DNA from: Macrostomum lignano
Lineage: Eukaryota
Length of the DNA stretch: 64,000 nt
Assembly (NCBI GenBank): GCA_002269645.1
Contig: NIVC01000518.1
Span: 1-64,000 of the forward strand
Reading direction: 5' to 3'
Of the stretch, positions 21,901-35,700 are shown piece after piece. Within the stretch, counting starts at the first letter, position 1. Each line of letters starts with the position of its first letter. The position numbers and the translations under genes are program-made. The notes under the pieces were generated by a model, which had not been told where the DNA came from, searched no databases, and saw only the letters and a program-made list of their open reading frames with translations.

Positions 21901-23277
21901 GTGAACGCGCGATCATCCCGACGAGCCTGCGACTTCAAGTCATCGAGGAGGCCCACGAAGGGCATCCGGGCGTCGTTCGGTCAAAGCAGCGGTGCCGCGA
22001 CACGGTCTGGTTTCCTGGAATTGACCGGCAGGTGGAGGACTACGTCAAGAACTGCACGGCCTGCACTCTGGCGGAGAAGTCCGGCAAGCCTCAACAGACG
22101 ATCGTGACACCAATCGAGTGGCCAGATGGACCGTGGGACAAGGTCGAGATCGACATCTTCGGCGAGGTCGCCGCGGCTCCTCGACACCAGCGGTTTCTAC
22201 TGGTGATCCACGACCTGTACAGCAAGTGGCCGGAGATTGCAGCCATGGAAACCGTCACCTCTGCCAACATCATCAAGACGCTTCGGAAGCTATTCGGCCG
22301 GTGGGGAGTCCCGAAGATGCTGATCAGCGACAACGGACCCCAGTTCGTCAGCGACGAGTTCGAAGAGTTCCTGCGAGCCGAGGGCATCAAGCACAGCCGA
22401 GTGAGCCGGTACTACCCGCAAGGCAACGGCGGAGTCGAGCGATTCAACCGGAGTCTGAAGGAGGGCCTGGCAGCGAACCTGAGGGCGGGAGCGAAGTTCG
22501 AGGACGCCATCGACCTGGTGCTCAAGACCTACAGGACCAGCCAGCACGCTCTCACCGGGCTGACTCCAGCCGAGCTGATGATCGGGCGCAAGCTGCGGTC
22601 CGGACTGCAGCTGCTCAGGCCAACTCCAGTGCAACAGCGGGACGACAGCGACCTGCGAGACAGTATCGCACAGAGGCAAGCCAAGAATGCCGACTACACC
22701 AACAAGCGAAGGCGAGCTCGTGACTCTATGCTCCAGGCCGGAGACTGGGTCTGGCGACAGACGCCGCACCGAGCGCACAAGCTGGCGACCCGACTGAAGG
22801 AACCGCTAAAGATCGCCTCCAAAGCAGGGCGCAACACCTTCGTGCTGTCCGACGGTACAAAGTGGCAAGCGAGTCGGCTGGTTAAGTGCAACAGCCCACC
22901 GGCTGACAACGGCGCGGCCGACCAAGAGGACGACTGGTTCGATTTGCCGCTGCCGCCGGCTCCGCCCCCACGGACGGGCGAGCCGCCACCTCCACCTGAG
23001 CTTCGAAGGTCAACTCGAGCTCGACGGCAACCGGCGCGTTATCCTCTTCCGGAAGGGGGGAGAATGTAGTGACTGTGCATCAGGCCTAGGTGTTGTAACT
23101 AACTAACTTTGAGGCTAGAATTGTTCAATTACCTTATATGCATCGTGCGTTCAATCATGGTATCGTTGTTTCGATTGCGTAACACTGTTTTCAACGTGCA
23201 CATGAGTATAAATATATTGAGCGAGACTCAAGTGTCTCCAACTGAATTGAATTTAATCAATCAACTAGAACACAACA
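18953..23277 (+). mobile_element. Intact Ty3/Gypsy LTR retrotransposon (Mag-like), 4325 bp, with 5-bp TSD CGCCC
   Basis: Identical 213-bp LTRs at 18953-19165 and 23065-23277. TSD CGCCC at 18948-18952 and 23278-23282. PBS TGGCGACGAG at 19168 (tRNA-Ser-like). PPT GGAAGGGGGGAGAA at 23051-23064. Confidence 0.98.
19167..23069 (+). CDS. Single gag-pol polyprotein, 1300 aa
   Basis: Two Cys/His knuckles (CTRCGGNHGHKGEC, CRRCGKTNHFAKMC); protease IDCGAAVS; RT KLDLRQGYQQ...NIVDDILV; RNase H VTCDASLDGLGAVL...RTDHKAL; integrase HEGHPG...CTAC, IDIFG, SDNGPQF, GVERFNRSLK. Confidence 0.97.
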   Translation: MATSGLPYPAEFQPVPGEPPVPWARWIKSFENFLVAGALEEASESRKKAILLHLLGEEGRRRAANVDASKSLQETKTALKAIFSSSRSVIAERFAFRQRAQHDGESIGDYVMALRELATNCKFGTFHDEIIRDQLVEKTCVPRIRERLLMEEDDLTLDDAIKKAERIEAAIRDAKQVSGPELHVKALSKKPKPAARHEKTAAAGPKCTRCGGNHGHKGECKAMGQKCRRCGKTNHFAKMCRMKAVSAIDTKEPAESSLTVLAVNNKSTDSLFCECRLGGQLIRLQIDCGAAVSLLNMETFKKSFARHPLLPTSTKLEAYGGSAIKTIGKVELPVTFNGIRTEATFYVADKGANILGRDLFQALGFKIFQGDNRVMSISETTIERDFPGIFDGLGRSKSFIHRTKIDASVKPVSQPMRKLPIGLKDEVTSEISRMEQQGIIEKVDASEWVSNVVVTRKKESNKVRLCVDLRQVNKAVIADRYPVPSIEDLSASINGSKCFSKLDLRQGYQQIPLHPDSRGLTCFITDAGLYQFTVVPFGLSSSGAAFQRALQTVLRGAPGAINIVDDILVHGKDETEHDKNLREVLGRIHREGFTLNREKCKFRQASVDFFGLVISADGIKPTKCNVDAILRIPEPSTVAQIQSFLGAVNFLHKFIPHYSAIAEPLRQLLKKDADWHWGERERTAFRTLKSAVTSSPVLAHFDCQAETYVTCDASLDGLGAVLSQVQNEKEVPIAFASRALSPAEKRYSAGEREALACVWSIERWHYYLYGRRVTLRTDHKALTTLLDSKGMGHRPLRIHRWVERLRGYDVRFEHIPGADNKCADMLSRWATTERVPAEETDEEGYVYAVVDSKTTLTADALATATKEDEVLQAVLQYISGGWPSKVDSSLKPYFNVRDELFCWNNGQCLGRGERAIIPTSLRLQVIEEAHEGHPGVVRSKQRCRDTVWFPGIDRQVEDYVKNCTACTLAEKSGKPQQTIVTPIEWPDGPWDKVEIDIFGEVAAAPRHQRFLLVIHDLYSKWPEIAAMETVTSANIIKTLRKLFGRWGVPKMLISDNGPQFVSDEFEEFLRAEGIKHSRVSRYYPQGNGGVERFNRSLKEGLAANLRAGAKFEDAIDLVLKTYRTSQHALTGLTPAELMIGRKLRSGLQLLRPTPVQQRDDSDLRDSIAQRQAKNADYTNKRRRARDSMLQAGDWVWRQTPHRAHKLATRLKEPLKIASKAGRNTFVLSDGTKWQASRLVKCNSPPADNGAADQEDDWFDLPLPPAPPPRTGEPPPPPELRRSTRARRQPARYPLPEGGRM

Positions 23278-23636
23278 CGCCCGCTCATCAAAAGTTAGGC
23301 CTCACAGTTTCTTTCGATTATACCTACAGTATGTCGAAGGCCGGAATTAATTAATAATATAAAATAACACAAATAATCTAATCATAAAACCATAGTGAAC
23401 TTTATTCCTCCGGCGATACTGCTCAAAAATCGACCTAGATATATATATAAGCCTGTAATGGCTTGTCATTAATAACTGACTGACTAATATAGGCCGGGCC
23501 AATTAAATTGATCAATATCACACGCGCGCGCGCGCGGTAATTCAGCACACACTTAAGCTACTCTTAACAACGAGCCCCAGCTCGATCAGTGCATTATTAA
23601 TGGCAATAAATCGTTACTTAGCAGCTTCTGACCTTG

Positions 23637-23800
23637 TAATGTAGCCTTGTGGTTAGAGTGTCGGACTCACGACTGAAAGGTCGGGGGTTCGATTCTCGAC
23701 TCACTCGGAACAATTTGTGTCCTTGAGCAAGAACTCCGCATTGCTTCAGTTCACCCAGCTGTGAAAATGGGTGCTAATAGCTGGGGTAATTGAGGGTGTG
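23637..23800 (+). mobile_element. tRNA-derived SINE copy with a CORE/Meta-like body
   Basis: A-box-like TAGCCTTGTGGTTAGAG and B-box GGTTCGATTC, followed by GTGTCCTTGAGCAAG...CACCCAGCTGTGAAAATGGG, which resembles conserved SINE core domains. Confidence 0.7.
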
Positions 23801-23924
23801 TGTGACGACCCCCCATTCCTTGGACTGAACAGTTGTAGGCAGCCTTCAGATGCGCCGCACAATAGAGCAGGTGTAATCAAATATTATTATCATTGAGAAT
23901 TGCAATTCAGTCTCATTGTAAAAG

Positions 23925-24740
23925 GCCTTCAGCATCCTTGAGAATCGCCCTTCAGTATCCTTGAGAATCGCCCTTCAGCGTCTTTGAGAATCGCCCTTCA
24001 GCCTCTTTGAGAATCGCCCTTCAGTATCCTTGAGAATCGCCCTTCAGTATCCTTGAGAATCGCCCTTCAGCGTCTTTGAGAATCGCCCTTCAGCCTCTTT
24101 GAGAATCGCCCTTCAGTATCCTTGAGAATCGCCCTTCAGCCTCTTTGAGAATCGCCCTTCAGCATCCTTGAAAATCGCCCTTCAGCATCCTTGAGAATCG
24201 CCTTTCAACATCTTTATAATAACCGCCCTTCAGCATCTTTAAGAATCGCCTTTCAGCAAATTCTTGAGAATCGCCCTTCAGCCTCTTTGAGAATCGCCCT
24301 TCAGTATCCTTGAGAATCGCCCTTCAGCATCCTTGAAAATCGCCCTTCAGCATCCTTGAGAATCGCCTTTCAACATCTTTATAATAACCGCCCTTCAGCA
24401 TCTTTAAGAATCGCCTTTCAGCAAATTCTTGAGAATCGCCCTTCAGCCTCTTTGAGAATCGCCCTTCAGTATCCTCGAGAATCGCCTTTCAGCCTCTTTG
24501 AGAATCGCCCTTCAGCCTCTTTGAGAATCGCCCTTCAGTATCCTTGAGAATCGCCCTTCAGCCTCTTTGAGAATCGCCCTTCAGTATCCTTGAGAATCGC
24601 CCTTCAGCCTCTTTGAGAATCGCCTTTCAGTATCCTTGAGAATCGCCCTTCAGCCTCTTTGAGAATCGCCTTTCAGTATCCTTGAGAATCGCCCTTCAGC
24701 CTCTTTGAGAATCACCCTTCAGCATCCTCGAGAATCACCA
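23925..24740. repeat. 23-bp minisatellite TTGAGAATCGCCCTTCAGCATCC with a duplicated variant block
   Basis: Period 23. The variant block (CAACATCTTTATAATAACCGCC...GCAAATTC) occurs at ~24205 and ~24370. Confidence 0.95.
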
Positions 24741-25149
24741 TCTTTGAGAGGCGGATGCTGATGTGTATTTAATGATTTGAGTACAAGAAGAATCTAACCA
24801 ACCTCGAAGATGAGGCTGATGAATATTCTACTTGACAAATTGACCTATCAGAGCCTAAAGCTACCGCGGCTGCTTCCTGTATGTAACCAAGCGATTAATG
24901 CCCTGTTTCTGATGCATCAGAGACTGCATCGTGCCGCCATCATCAAATCCAATTTATTCATCGATTAGAGTGGTCTCGTAGTTAAACTACCGGATGCAGA
25001 TTGGGAGTCTGGGGACCAACGTGATTGATGATCTTCACTTCGAGTTTGGTCTGAGAAGAGCCGTTCTACCGTTGGGTCCCTGATTGGGCGAGTCTCCTTG
25101 AAGTAAGACGCAGAGTTTATGGTGACACATCTAAGAAAAGTAGTGATTT

Positions 25150-26085
25150 AGAGGGGGACAGAGATTGAGAGGGAGATTGAGATTGAGATTGAAGTTGCGA
25201 GGAAGACAGACGAGAAGTAGACAGAAATTTAGATTGAGAGGGAGACAGATTGAGAGGGAGACTGAGATTGAGAGGGAGACAGAGATTGAGAGGGAGACAG
25301 AGACTGAGATTGAAAGGGAGACTGAGATTGAGAGGGAGACAGAGACTGAGATTGAGAGGGAGACAGAGACTGGGAATGAGGGGAGACTGAGATTGAGAGG
25401 GAGACTGAGATTGAGAGGGAGACAGAGACTGGGAATGAGGGGAGACTGAGATTGAGAGGGAGACTGAGATTGAGAGGGAGACAGATTGAGAGGGAGACAG
25501 ACTGAGATTGAGAGGAAGACAGATTGAGAGGGAGACAGACTGAGATTGAGAGGAAGACAGATTGAGAGGGAGACAGACTGAGATTGAGAGGAAGACAGAT
25601 TGAGAGGGAGACAGACTGAGATTGAGAGGGAGACTGAGATTGAGAGGAAGACAGATTGAGATTGAGAGGAAGACAGATTGAGAGGAAGACAGATTGAGAG
25701 GAAGACAGATTGAGAGGGAGACAGATTGAGAGGGAGACAGATTGAGAGGAAGACAGATTGAGAGGGAGACAGACTGAGATTGAGAGGGAGACTGAGATTG
25801 AGAGGGAGACAGACTGAGATTGAGAGGGAGACTGAGATTGAGAGGGAGACAGACTGAGATTGAGAGGGAGACTGAGATTGAGAGGGAGACAGACTGAGAT
25901 TGAGAGGGAGACTGAGATTGAGAGGGAGACAGACTGAGATTGAGAGGGAGACTGAGATTGAGAGGAAGACAGACTGAGATTGAGAGGGAGACTGAGATTG
26001 AGAGGAAGACAGATTGAGAGGGAGACAGACTGAGATTGAGAGGGAGACAGAGATTCAGAGGGAGACAGAGACTGGGAGAGGGACA
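25150..26085. repeat. Compound purine-rich minisatellite (GAGATT / GAGAGG / GAGACA / GACT modules)
   Basis: Direct reading. Confidence 0.95.
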
Positions 26086-26685
26086 GAAGATATACTCGTA
26101 GGCTGAGAAAGACCAAGTCAGCATCTCAGCAGAGAAGATGCGCACTGAAGGGTGGAGACGCAGCTCAGAAGTGCAAATCAAACAAAGAGCTGAAAGCAAA
26201 ATCTCCATCACAAAAAGCAAGACAAGCATGGGGAATGGACTTAGGAAACCAGTATTTTATAGCCCTTCGGAATACAATGTACAATTCTAAGGCGCTTTTT
26301 TACTGCCTTCGCCTGAATGAAGCTTAATTAAAGATCACGTGATACTGCTAGCTCGCGAGGTGAGGAGTCCAATCGAGAGGGCACTGGGTGGAATTATATC
26401 TCTCTGACCACTCAAAGGGAATCAAGGATAGCAGCAAGCCTAACGCTCACGCAGCTGCCTCTGACACTTCCACTAAGCCGCGTAGATCTTATCTTTCCTG
26501 TTCTTGACAATTCTCCCAGGGGGTTGAAATGGAATTCTCTATTTTTAGTTCTGCTTCCCCGCGATGTTGGTCCCAAGATTCTGTTGCTTCTTATTTGCCT
26601 GGCCTTTCTTCTTTCGGCAATTCACTGGTGTACTTTTACAGAATAGATATTGTTTGCTAACAGGAACTGTACAGAACGACAGATT

Positions 26686-27072
<387 letters not shown>

Positions 27073-27895
27073 AAATAGATTGAATATAGCAATATTATAT
27101 TTATTACAGCATGGATATTATACTGTTATTGTCTCATAGACATTTTTGGCTCAGCAAGGCTGCGAGAGAAAGAATGACCAATCTAACCAATCTAAATGTA
27201 CACTTTACGATGAGATTTCGTCAATCCAGATATCTATTGCCTCAATAACAATCCTTGGATATTTGAACTCCATGGAGAATTTCAATCTCCCCTGAATGGA
27301 CGGACTTAGAGCAGTGCCAGTTGACCAAATGCAACGTAGGAAACTGCAAACTGGGTTGGTGGCCCCGAGGGTAGAGGAGGGGAAAAATGGACGGCGCGAT
27401 TGAGAACCGCATTTTATACGGTTGCTTGGGGAGACGCTATCGGCACTGCTGGGGTTGGAATTAAAAGCGACTGTTGGGCGGGGGAGGAAGATGGAGGCTG
27501 AACAGGGGGACTCAGAATTGAGAGAAATGAATGGCCTTAGCTCGTGTGGGGATTCAGTTTCCTAACCTAAATCTGGTAGATTAGCTGCAACTTTTGGAAA
27601 GAGCCAGCCTAGAAATAGAAAATGTCTTTATAGTGAACTCTGAGGCATGCAGCAGTATGGCTGTGTACTCGACTATGGGATGAGATGCGCTAAAAATATT
27701 GATTTAACATTACTCATCATGGCAAACTGGATGCCTGCCTGCTATAGCTCTCTGTGGGTTCAGAGTTATAAACTTCTTTCTCATCCCAATTTCGCTTTTG
27801 AGCTTTGAACTCCCATCGGGCCTACAAACAATGAATCCGATCGTTAATCATGTTTTGCGTTGCGAGCTTCTTGTCTACCGCATCTCTGTGGCTCC

Positions 27896-28403
<508 letters not shown>

Positions 28404-29223
28404 ATTCCTGGCTAAACTAACTCGCTGTTTTTGTGAATGCCAAGCAGCAATACAGGTGGGAAGTACTTGTTTAGGCTTTGAATTGTTCCCTATTCAAGCT
28501 TTCAGTACCTGCGCAACGCTCGTCAATGGGCCTCCTGTCACTTCCCGTTCCCTGTATCCCAGTTTTTTTCTCCCTTTCCCCATTGGGGCGCGTTAACGTC
28601 GTATTAAAGTCGCCCCAACCCCCGGTAGGAAGCGAGAGGGAGAGAAAAGGAATGGAGGACGGGAGAAAACCCTGCCCCATGCATTTGTGTACGCGAGAAT
28701 AAAAGGAAAGGATAGAGAGGAGAGGAGAGACTTAGTGGGGTAAAGCTGTGAGTCACACTCTCAGCTGAATACGCCAACTTGTCCGCATTGTACAGTACAG
28801 ACGCAACCCACCCTTAGGATAGATCGATTCCTAAACCAAGTCCTAGAAACTCCCCTTCAACCCCTGAACCCCAAGGCTCACAGTTCCATTTGGTAGACAT
28901 CCAATCCTGTCCAGGGCAGCGTGTTGGGGTGTGCTCTGGGGTTGGGGTTTAGTCTATTTCCAGCTCCTAGGGGGAGGGGTATAGGGTAAGGGATTCTTGT
29001 TTACCAAGTCCCCCGCTCCTCACACACACTACAAATCTCCTTTGCCTCTGGGGTTTTTCTCCAGGCCGAGGCCCTTCCATTCCTGACTGGTTTAAGTCTC
29101 CACTGTTATAATCCACGGCTGGGCAGCCTCAGGAAGCAAGCTCAAACTTCTAACCTAAATCTCTGAAGCCCGAGAAAAACCAAACAGAGAGAAAATTCGC
29201 CCGGTCAAGAAAGCCGCTGCACA

Positions 29224-29580
29224 ATGCGAACCGGTCAAGTTTGGGTATTCCTAGAAATCGGCCTAGGCGTCGTGTTCATCATCACGCTGTTCTGCCTGTG
29301 CCGCTTCTTCGACATGCGCAAATCTCGGCGAAGGAAGAACAAAGCTAAAGCCGCTGATGAGGATTGCTACCAGAGGCAGCTGGCCCAGCAGCGCGAACGG
29401 GCCCTGTCAATCAGGCGGGAGAGTCTGATGAACGAGACGGCTAGCAATCCGGAGAACGCGGCCGCCAAAGAGCCGCTGACCTCTGTGCAGGAGAAGCCAA
29501 CTGAGGAGGGCGGCGGCGGCGGAGAATCCGCGGAAAAACCGGCTGGCGACACTGGGAAAGGCGACGCTAAGAAGGAATAA
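29224..29580 (+). CDS. Small intronless single-pass membrane protein, 118 aa
   Basis: ATG start; hydrophobic helix VWVFLEIGLGVVFIITLFCLC followed by basic RKSRRRKNK; GC-rich coding composition; AATAAA overlapping the stop; AT-rich 3' flank. Confidence 0.7.
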   Translation: MRTGQVWVFLEIGLGVVFIITLFCLCRFFDMRKSRRRKNKAKAADEDCYQRQLAQQRERALSIRRESLMNETASNPENAAAKEPLTSVQEKPTEEGGGGGESAEKPAGDTGKGDAKKE

Positions 29581-29894
29581 ATAAACAATTTATAACAAAT
29601 AATTTCTTTTTAAATAACAATATTTATTATTAGACGAAAACAAAAAAATACTAGTCGCACTAAAACAACAAATAATTAACAAATAAAATAATGGCATTCA
29701 TCGACATTATTTGCAAGTTGTGTAAGAGATTCTGCAGATTGAAGAACCAGACGTGACCAATTGACTGATAGAGGTAAGACGTCTGTTAAAACTGAATTTT
29801 CACCTCATTCAGTTACTTCATTTTTCATTTTGCCAAATCCGTATAGGCTTGACTCTTTGTGTCTCCGTTCCGACTAAATGTGTCTCATGCTTAT

Positions 29895-30062
29895 CAGATG
29901 TGTCTCTTGTCCTGTCCGATCCCATGTGTCTCTTGTCCTGTCCGATCCCATGTGTCTCTTGTCCTGTCCGATCCCGTGTGTCTCTTGTCCTGTCCGATCC
30001 CATGTGTCTCTTGTCCTGTCCGATCCCATGTGTCTCTTGTCCTTTCCGATCCCGTGTGTCTC
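29895..30062. repeat. 26-bp minisatellite CCCATGTGTCTCTTGTCCTGTCCGAT
   Basis: About 6 copies. Confidence 0.9.
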
Positions 30063-30993
30063 ATCATGTGACTCCTATGCGATCAAGTATGCCCCGTTTC
30101 TAAATGTGTCTCATTTTCAAATTCAACTTAAAACTTTATCATTCGAATTTCTAATTTTCGAGTATTGGTGGCATGGCATCATTCCGATAATTATGTAATT
30201 TCAGCTTAATCAAGACTGCAGCAGCTGGACACTCGAGTAGTGAACAATCTCAAACTATGAACAGTTAAACTACAACACTTTTTGTATCAATATTTCGTCT
30301 TACGCATGTCTATTATCATCATTGTCTGCATCTATAAACCCGGAAAAATGCGCTCACTATAACAAACTAGGCAATAATGACCCATTGTTTTAATGAATTA
30401 ACGTATCTCTAAATTGATGCGTGCGTGTGTGTGATTACCCTGTAATATAGGCATATTTTGCTTCGTACATTACCATAAATTCTTTTCTCTGTAGAGCAAC
30501 AACTTTAGACAATTAGATCTTCTAGGCTCAGCAGCTTATCAAGTAGTTTTACTTCGAATTCAACAATTTAACCATAGAAATTCATTTTTGGTCTGTGTAA
30601 TAAATTTTCATGTTTGGCAAATTCTTTTAAAATCATTTTTTTTATTCCATCAAGTTTAGTTTGTAGCCGTCTTCGAATAAATATTTGAACATGATTGCCT
30701 ACTTAACTACTTTTATTATTTGCCTTAAGCTTCTAAACAACTGACAACTGAGGTTTTTGTTCGTGATTTCTGTAAAATATTTTTTTGATTGCAGGAACTG
30801 GCTTGCAATGCTGTGGTAGTAGTGGGTCAGAGAGCATTTTGAGTTCCGCCGGAGCTACACACATAATGATACTCTGAACTCATGGGCAATAACTTTTATG
30901 CCATAATGTATGGCTTCGTTTGATGATGGGCTGTGTTTTCTGCTTTTGAAGCCACAGCGTTAATTTCTCTCTTGCTGCCGTAGTGCCTCTAGT

Positions 30994-31035
30994 CGTCTGT
31001 CTGTCTGTGTGTCTTAGTGTCTGTCTGTCTGTCTA

Positions 31036-31072
<37 letters not shown>

Positions 31073-31073
31073 G

Positions 31074-31134
<61 letters not shown>

Positions 31135-31155
31135 TAGTGTATATCTGTCTGTCTA
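30994..31155. repeat. (GTCT)n microsatellite
   Basis: Direct reading. Confidence 0.95.
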
Positions 31156-31639
31156 TATGAATAAGACAGTAATGTACCCTGAAATCGTACACTACTTACA
31201 GAGGGATAAGCGCACATATTATTGTATAAATGTACATATATTTCCACGTATTCTACATCGATCCAATATTGCTATACAAAACATTATCCACGATACATAA
31301 AGCATAAATAATGTCCTTCGATATATATTCGACATCTGTTATGCGATTGAATTTGCGGGCTTGTTTTGCACTTGTTTATTCGTATTGGGGCAGGTACGGC
31401 AATGTACTTTTAATTAAAGTTTCACAGCTGTTTCTATCGATATCAGGCCTTCTGCATGCAGTGGGGAGGGCAGTTCAGCACAAACATAAGAAACCAGCGC
31501 GGCCAACTGCAGGCGTTGGTCATCGACAGAAAAGTCAGAGAGAGAGACAGGAATTGCATCTGTGTTTAAAAGCACTGGATACCGGTGTGGCAGAAAGGAA
31601 GGTAGAAAAACTATTAAATTGATTGCTTAGATACGGACA

Positions 31640-32357
<718 letters not shown>

Positions 32358-32746
32358 TGAAGCCATTGATTTCCTGTCAGATGAAATCATGATGCATTGA
32401 CCCCTGTCATCATCGTGCGAGAGGTTGATCGAGCTTTTCTGCTTCAGATACATGTACATTGATATAGTGCAGAACAGCATAGGAAGCACAGTACTGCAGG
32501 CGTAATTAGTTAGAGCCAATCCCTCCTTTGCAAACAGATGTCTACGTGTATGTTCAAAACTGGGTGGATAAAGCGTAAAAAAGGCTTCTCCAGTCCAAAC
32601 ATTAGCTAGAGAAGTCCATGGCCCATTCTAAATACCCCATAGACAACGTGAAGATGTTGCATGACAACGAAGTTAAAATTCCAATGCAGTAAATTACTTT
32701 TCAAGTGTATGCTTGACAATTAACCTGCATCTTCAATAAAGCAGAA

Positions 32747-35700
32747 ATGTCCTCGACGAACGCAGCCTCAGTCGGTGACTGCAACAACAAAAGCAGAGTC
32801 AAAAGCAGACCAATTGAATCTTCTGCAACAATTCTATCGAAAAATGGTTACGATTTAGAGGGCAGAAGCGCTGAGTTCCTTCGCCGCTACACAGGCCTCC
32901 GAGGGCAGTACAACCTCGACCTGATCGGCTGCACCCAGCAACTCGTTGCTGACGAAAGATCGGCTGTTGAATCCGACTATGCAGCAGTGTTCAAAGCTCT
33001 GAAATGGACTCACGTTGACTTCACCAGCCGACTGGAGAAATTGGTCCCGGATTCGAGGACGCCGTTTAAGGACTGTTGCACTTTCTGCTGGTACGCCTAC
33101 TGTCCCTACAGCCGGCGCGGCTCAAGGATGAGGGCATTGTACCAGAATGTCCTGTACAAGGACTCATCGACCTGGTACATGACAAATAAACAGGTAATTA
33201 GTGCGACTTGTTGCTTCCAAAACACCTGACTCCCGTTTCCGACATAGTTAGTCCCGTTCCGACATAGTTAGTCCCGTTCCGACATAGTTAGTCCCGTTCC
33301 GACATAGTTAGTCCCGTTCCGACATAGTTAGTCCCGTTCCGACATAGTTAGTCCCGTTCCGACATAGTTAGTCCCGTTCCGACATAGTTAGTCCCGTTCC
33401 GACATAGTTAGTCCCGTTCCGACATAGTTAGTCCCGTTCCGACATAGTTAGTCCCGTTCCGACATAGTTAGTCCCGTTCCGACATAGTTAGTCCCGTTCC
33501 GACATAGTTAGTCCCGTTCCGACATAGTTAGTCCCGTTCCGACATAGTTAGTCCCGTTCCGACATAGTTAGTCCCGTTCCGACATAGTTAGTCCCGTTCC
33601 GACATAGTTAGTCCCGTTCCGACATAGTTAGTCCCGTTCCGACATAGTTAGTCCTGTTTCCGACATAATTAGTCCCGTTCCGACATAGTTAGTCCCGTTC
33701 CGACATAGTTAGTCCCGTGGCCGACATAATTAATCCTGTTTCTAACATTCTACATGCTACGCCCTAGGCCATGCTACGTCGACTACTGTTAGCGGAAGCG
33801 ACCACCCAGGTGGCCATGGACGCTGGTCTGGTTCTGCCTCCGCCGCCGGTTGCAGCGGGGTCCGCAGACTCGATGTCCGCACTGCCGTGCGTCACCAGCC
33901 GGTGCTTTATCCCGCCCAGCCAGGTGTACAGTCTTGGCAGAGAGGCGGCGCTGGTCGCCTCGTGGGGCATCCTGACGCCTGGCACGTCGACAGGTGCGAA
34001 TTTTCCATAAAACTCTTTCAGATTATTCATGTACATGTAGATCTTAGGTTTGTTAATTGATTTAGAAGAACGCCCCGGTGTTTTTGTTGACGTTTGTCTG
34101 TGTCTAAATAGATGCAGAGTAGACACACTGGAGTGTTTGAGTAGACACACTGGAGTGTTTGAGTAGACACACTGGAGTGTTTGAGTAGACACACTGGAGT
34201 GTTTGAGTAGACACACTGGAGTGTTTGAGTAGACACACTGGAGTGTTTGAGTAGACACACTGGAGTGTTTGAGTAGACACACTGGAGTGTTTGAGTAGAC
34301 ACACTGGAGTGTTTGAGTAGACACACTGGAGTGTTTGAGTAGACACACTGGAGTGTTTGAGTAGACACACTGGAGTGTTTGAGTAGACACACTGGAGTGT
34401 TTGAGTAGACACACTGGAGTGTTTGAGTAGACACACTGGAGTGTTTGAGTAGACACACTGGAGTGTTTGAGTAGACACAGTGGAGTGTTTGAGTAGACAC
34501 ACACTGCACCGCCATCCCGCAGCCTGCTACATTGTAAAGCCAACCAACGGTCTGAAAGGTCGCGGAATCCGGCTCTACCGACCTCCCAAGTCTCATCAAG
34601 TTGATGAAGCTGCAAAACGTTTGACAGCTAACGACTTCTCCAACTTCATGCTAGCCGAATATGGCGAGTCTCAGCTCCGTTCGAGTTTCTACATAGTTCA
34701 ACGGTACATCGAACGGCCTCTGCTTATCGACGGCAGAAAGTTTGACCTTCGAGTGTACCTTCTACTCGTACCGAATATGGCTTGCAGCATCGGCTGCGAC
34801 AGCAATCCCGGTCGGCGGGGATTCTACGCGTTCTATCATCCGGGATTCGTTAGACTATCCGGCAGGCAATACAACCGCGTTAGCGTCGACATGAGCGTCC
34901 ACCTCACTAACAGTTGCGTGCAGCAGCAGGAGCAGACTGCACTGGGGCAGTCGCGTCGAAAGGTTGAGCCGAAACTCGGTGATAACAGCTGGACGCCCGA
35001 TCGGGTTAATCAATATTTTAATCAACGATTTTTAGACGGATTAGACGGAATTCCGTGTCACGATTGGTTTCGGGTGAGAATTCTGTACCAGTGTTAATCA
35101 GAAAGTGCATCGACTTTGAAATGAAAGTCCCTTCAACAACTTGAACCAACGTACTATTTACAGTTTCAACAAATGACATCCTTGGGTTAAGCAACACATC
35201 GTTAATTGGGTTAAAAAGTCGTGTGGATAGCGCACCACGATGCACACCATCATTAGGTACTTGTAGTTAAACACCCAGTAGTTGAACACAAAGCATCATG
35301 CTCAGGTTAAACAACACAACACATCGTCCTCAGGCTTATCAATGCAACGTATCGTTCTTAGGTTGCCCAACACAACGCATAGGTGAAAAAAACACAACAC
35401 ATCATCCGTCCTCAGGTTAATCAACACAACCCATCGTCCTAGAGTTAATCAACACAACCCATCGTCCTAGAGTTAAACAACACAACCCATCGTCCTAGAG
35501 TTAAACAACACAACCCATCGTCCTAGAGTTAAACAACACAACCCATCGTCCTAGAGTTAATCAACACAACCCATCGTCCTAGAGTTAATCAACACAACCC
35601 ATCGTCCTAGAGTTAATCAACACAACCCATCGTCCTAGAGTTAATCAACACAACCCATCGTCCTAGAGTTAAACAACACAACCCATCGTCCTAGAGTTAA

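Noticed and set aside
23637-23705. Functional tRNA gene
   Set aside because: No acceptor-stem pairing or T-run terminator; it runs straight into a SINE core-like body.
27200-27800. LINE endonuclease fragment on the minus strand
   Set aside because: Only a faint resemblance (TLHLVNWH...) with stops in all frames; not supportable without a search.
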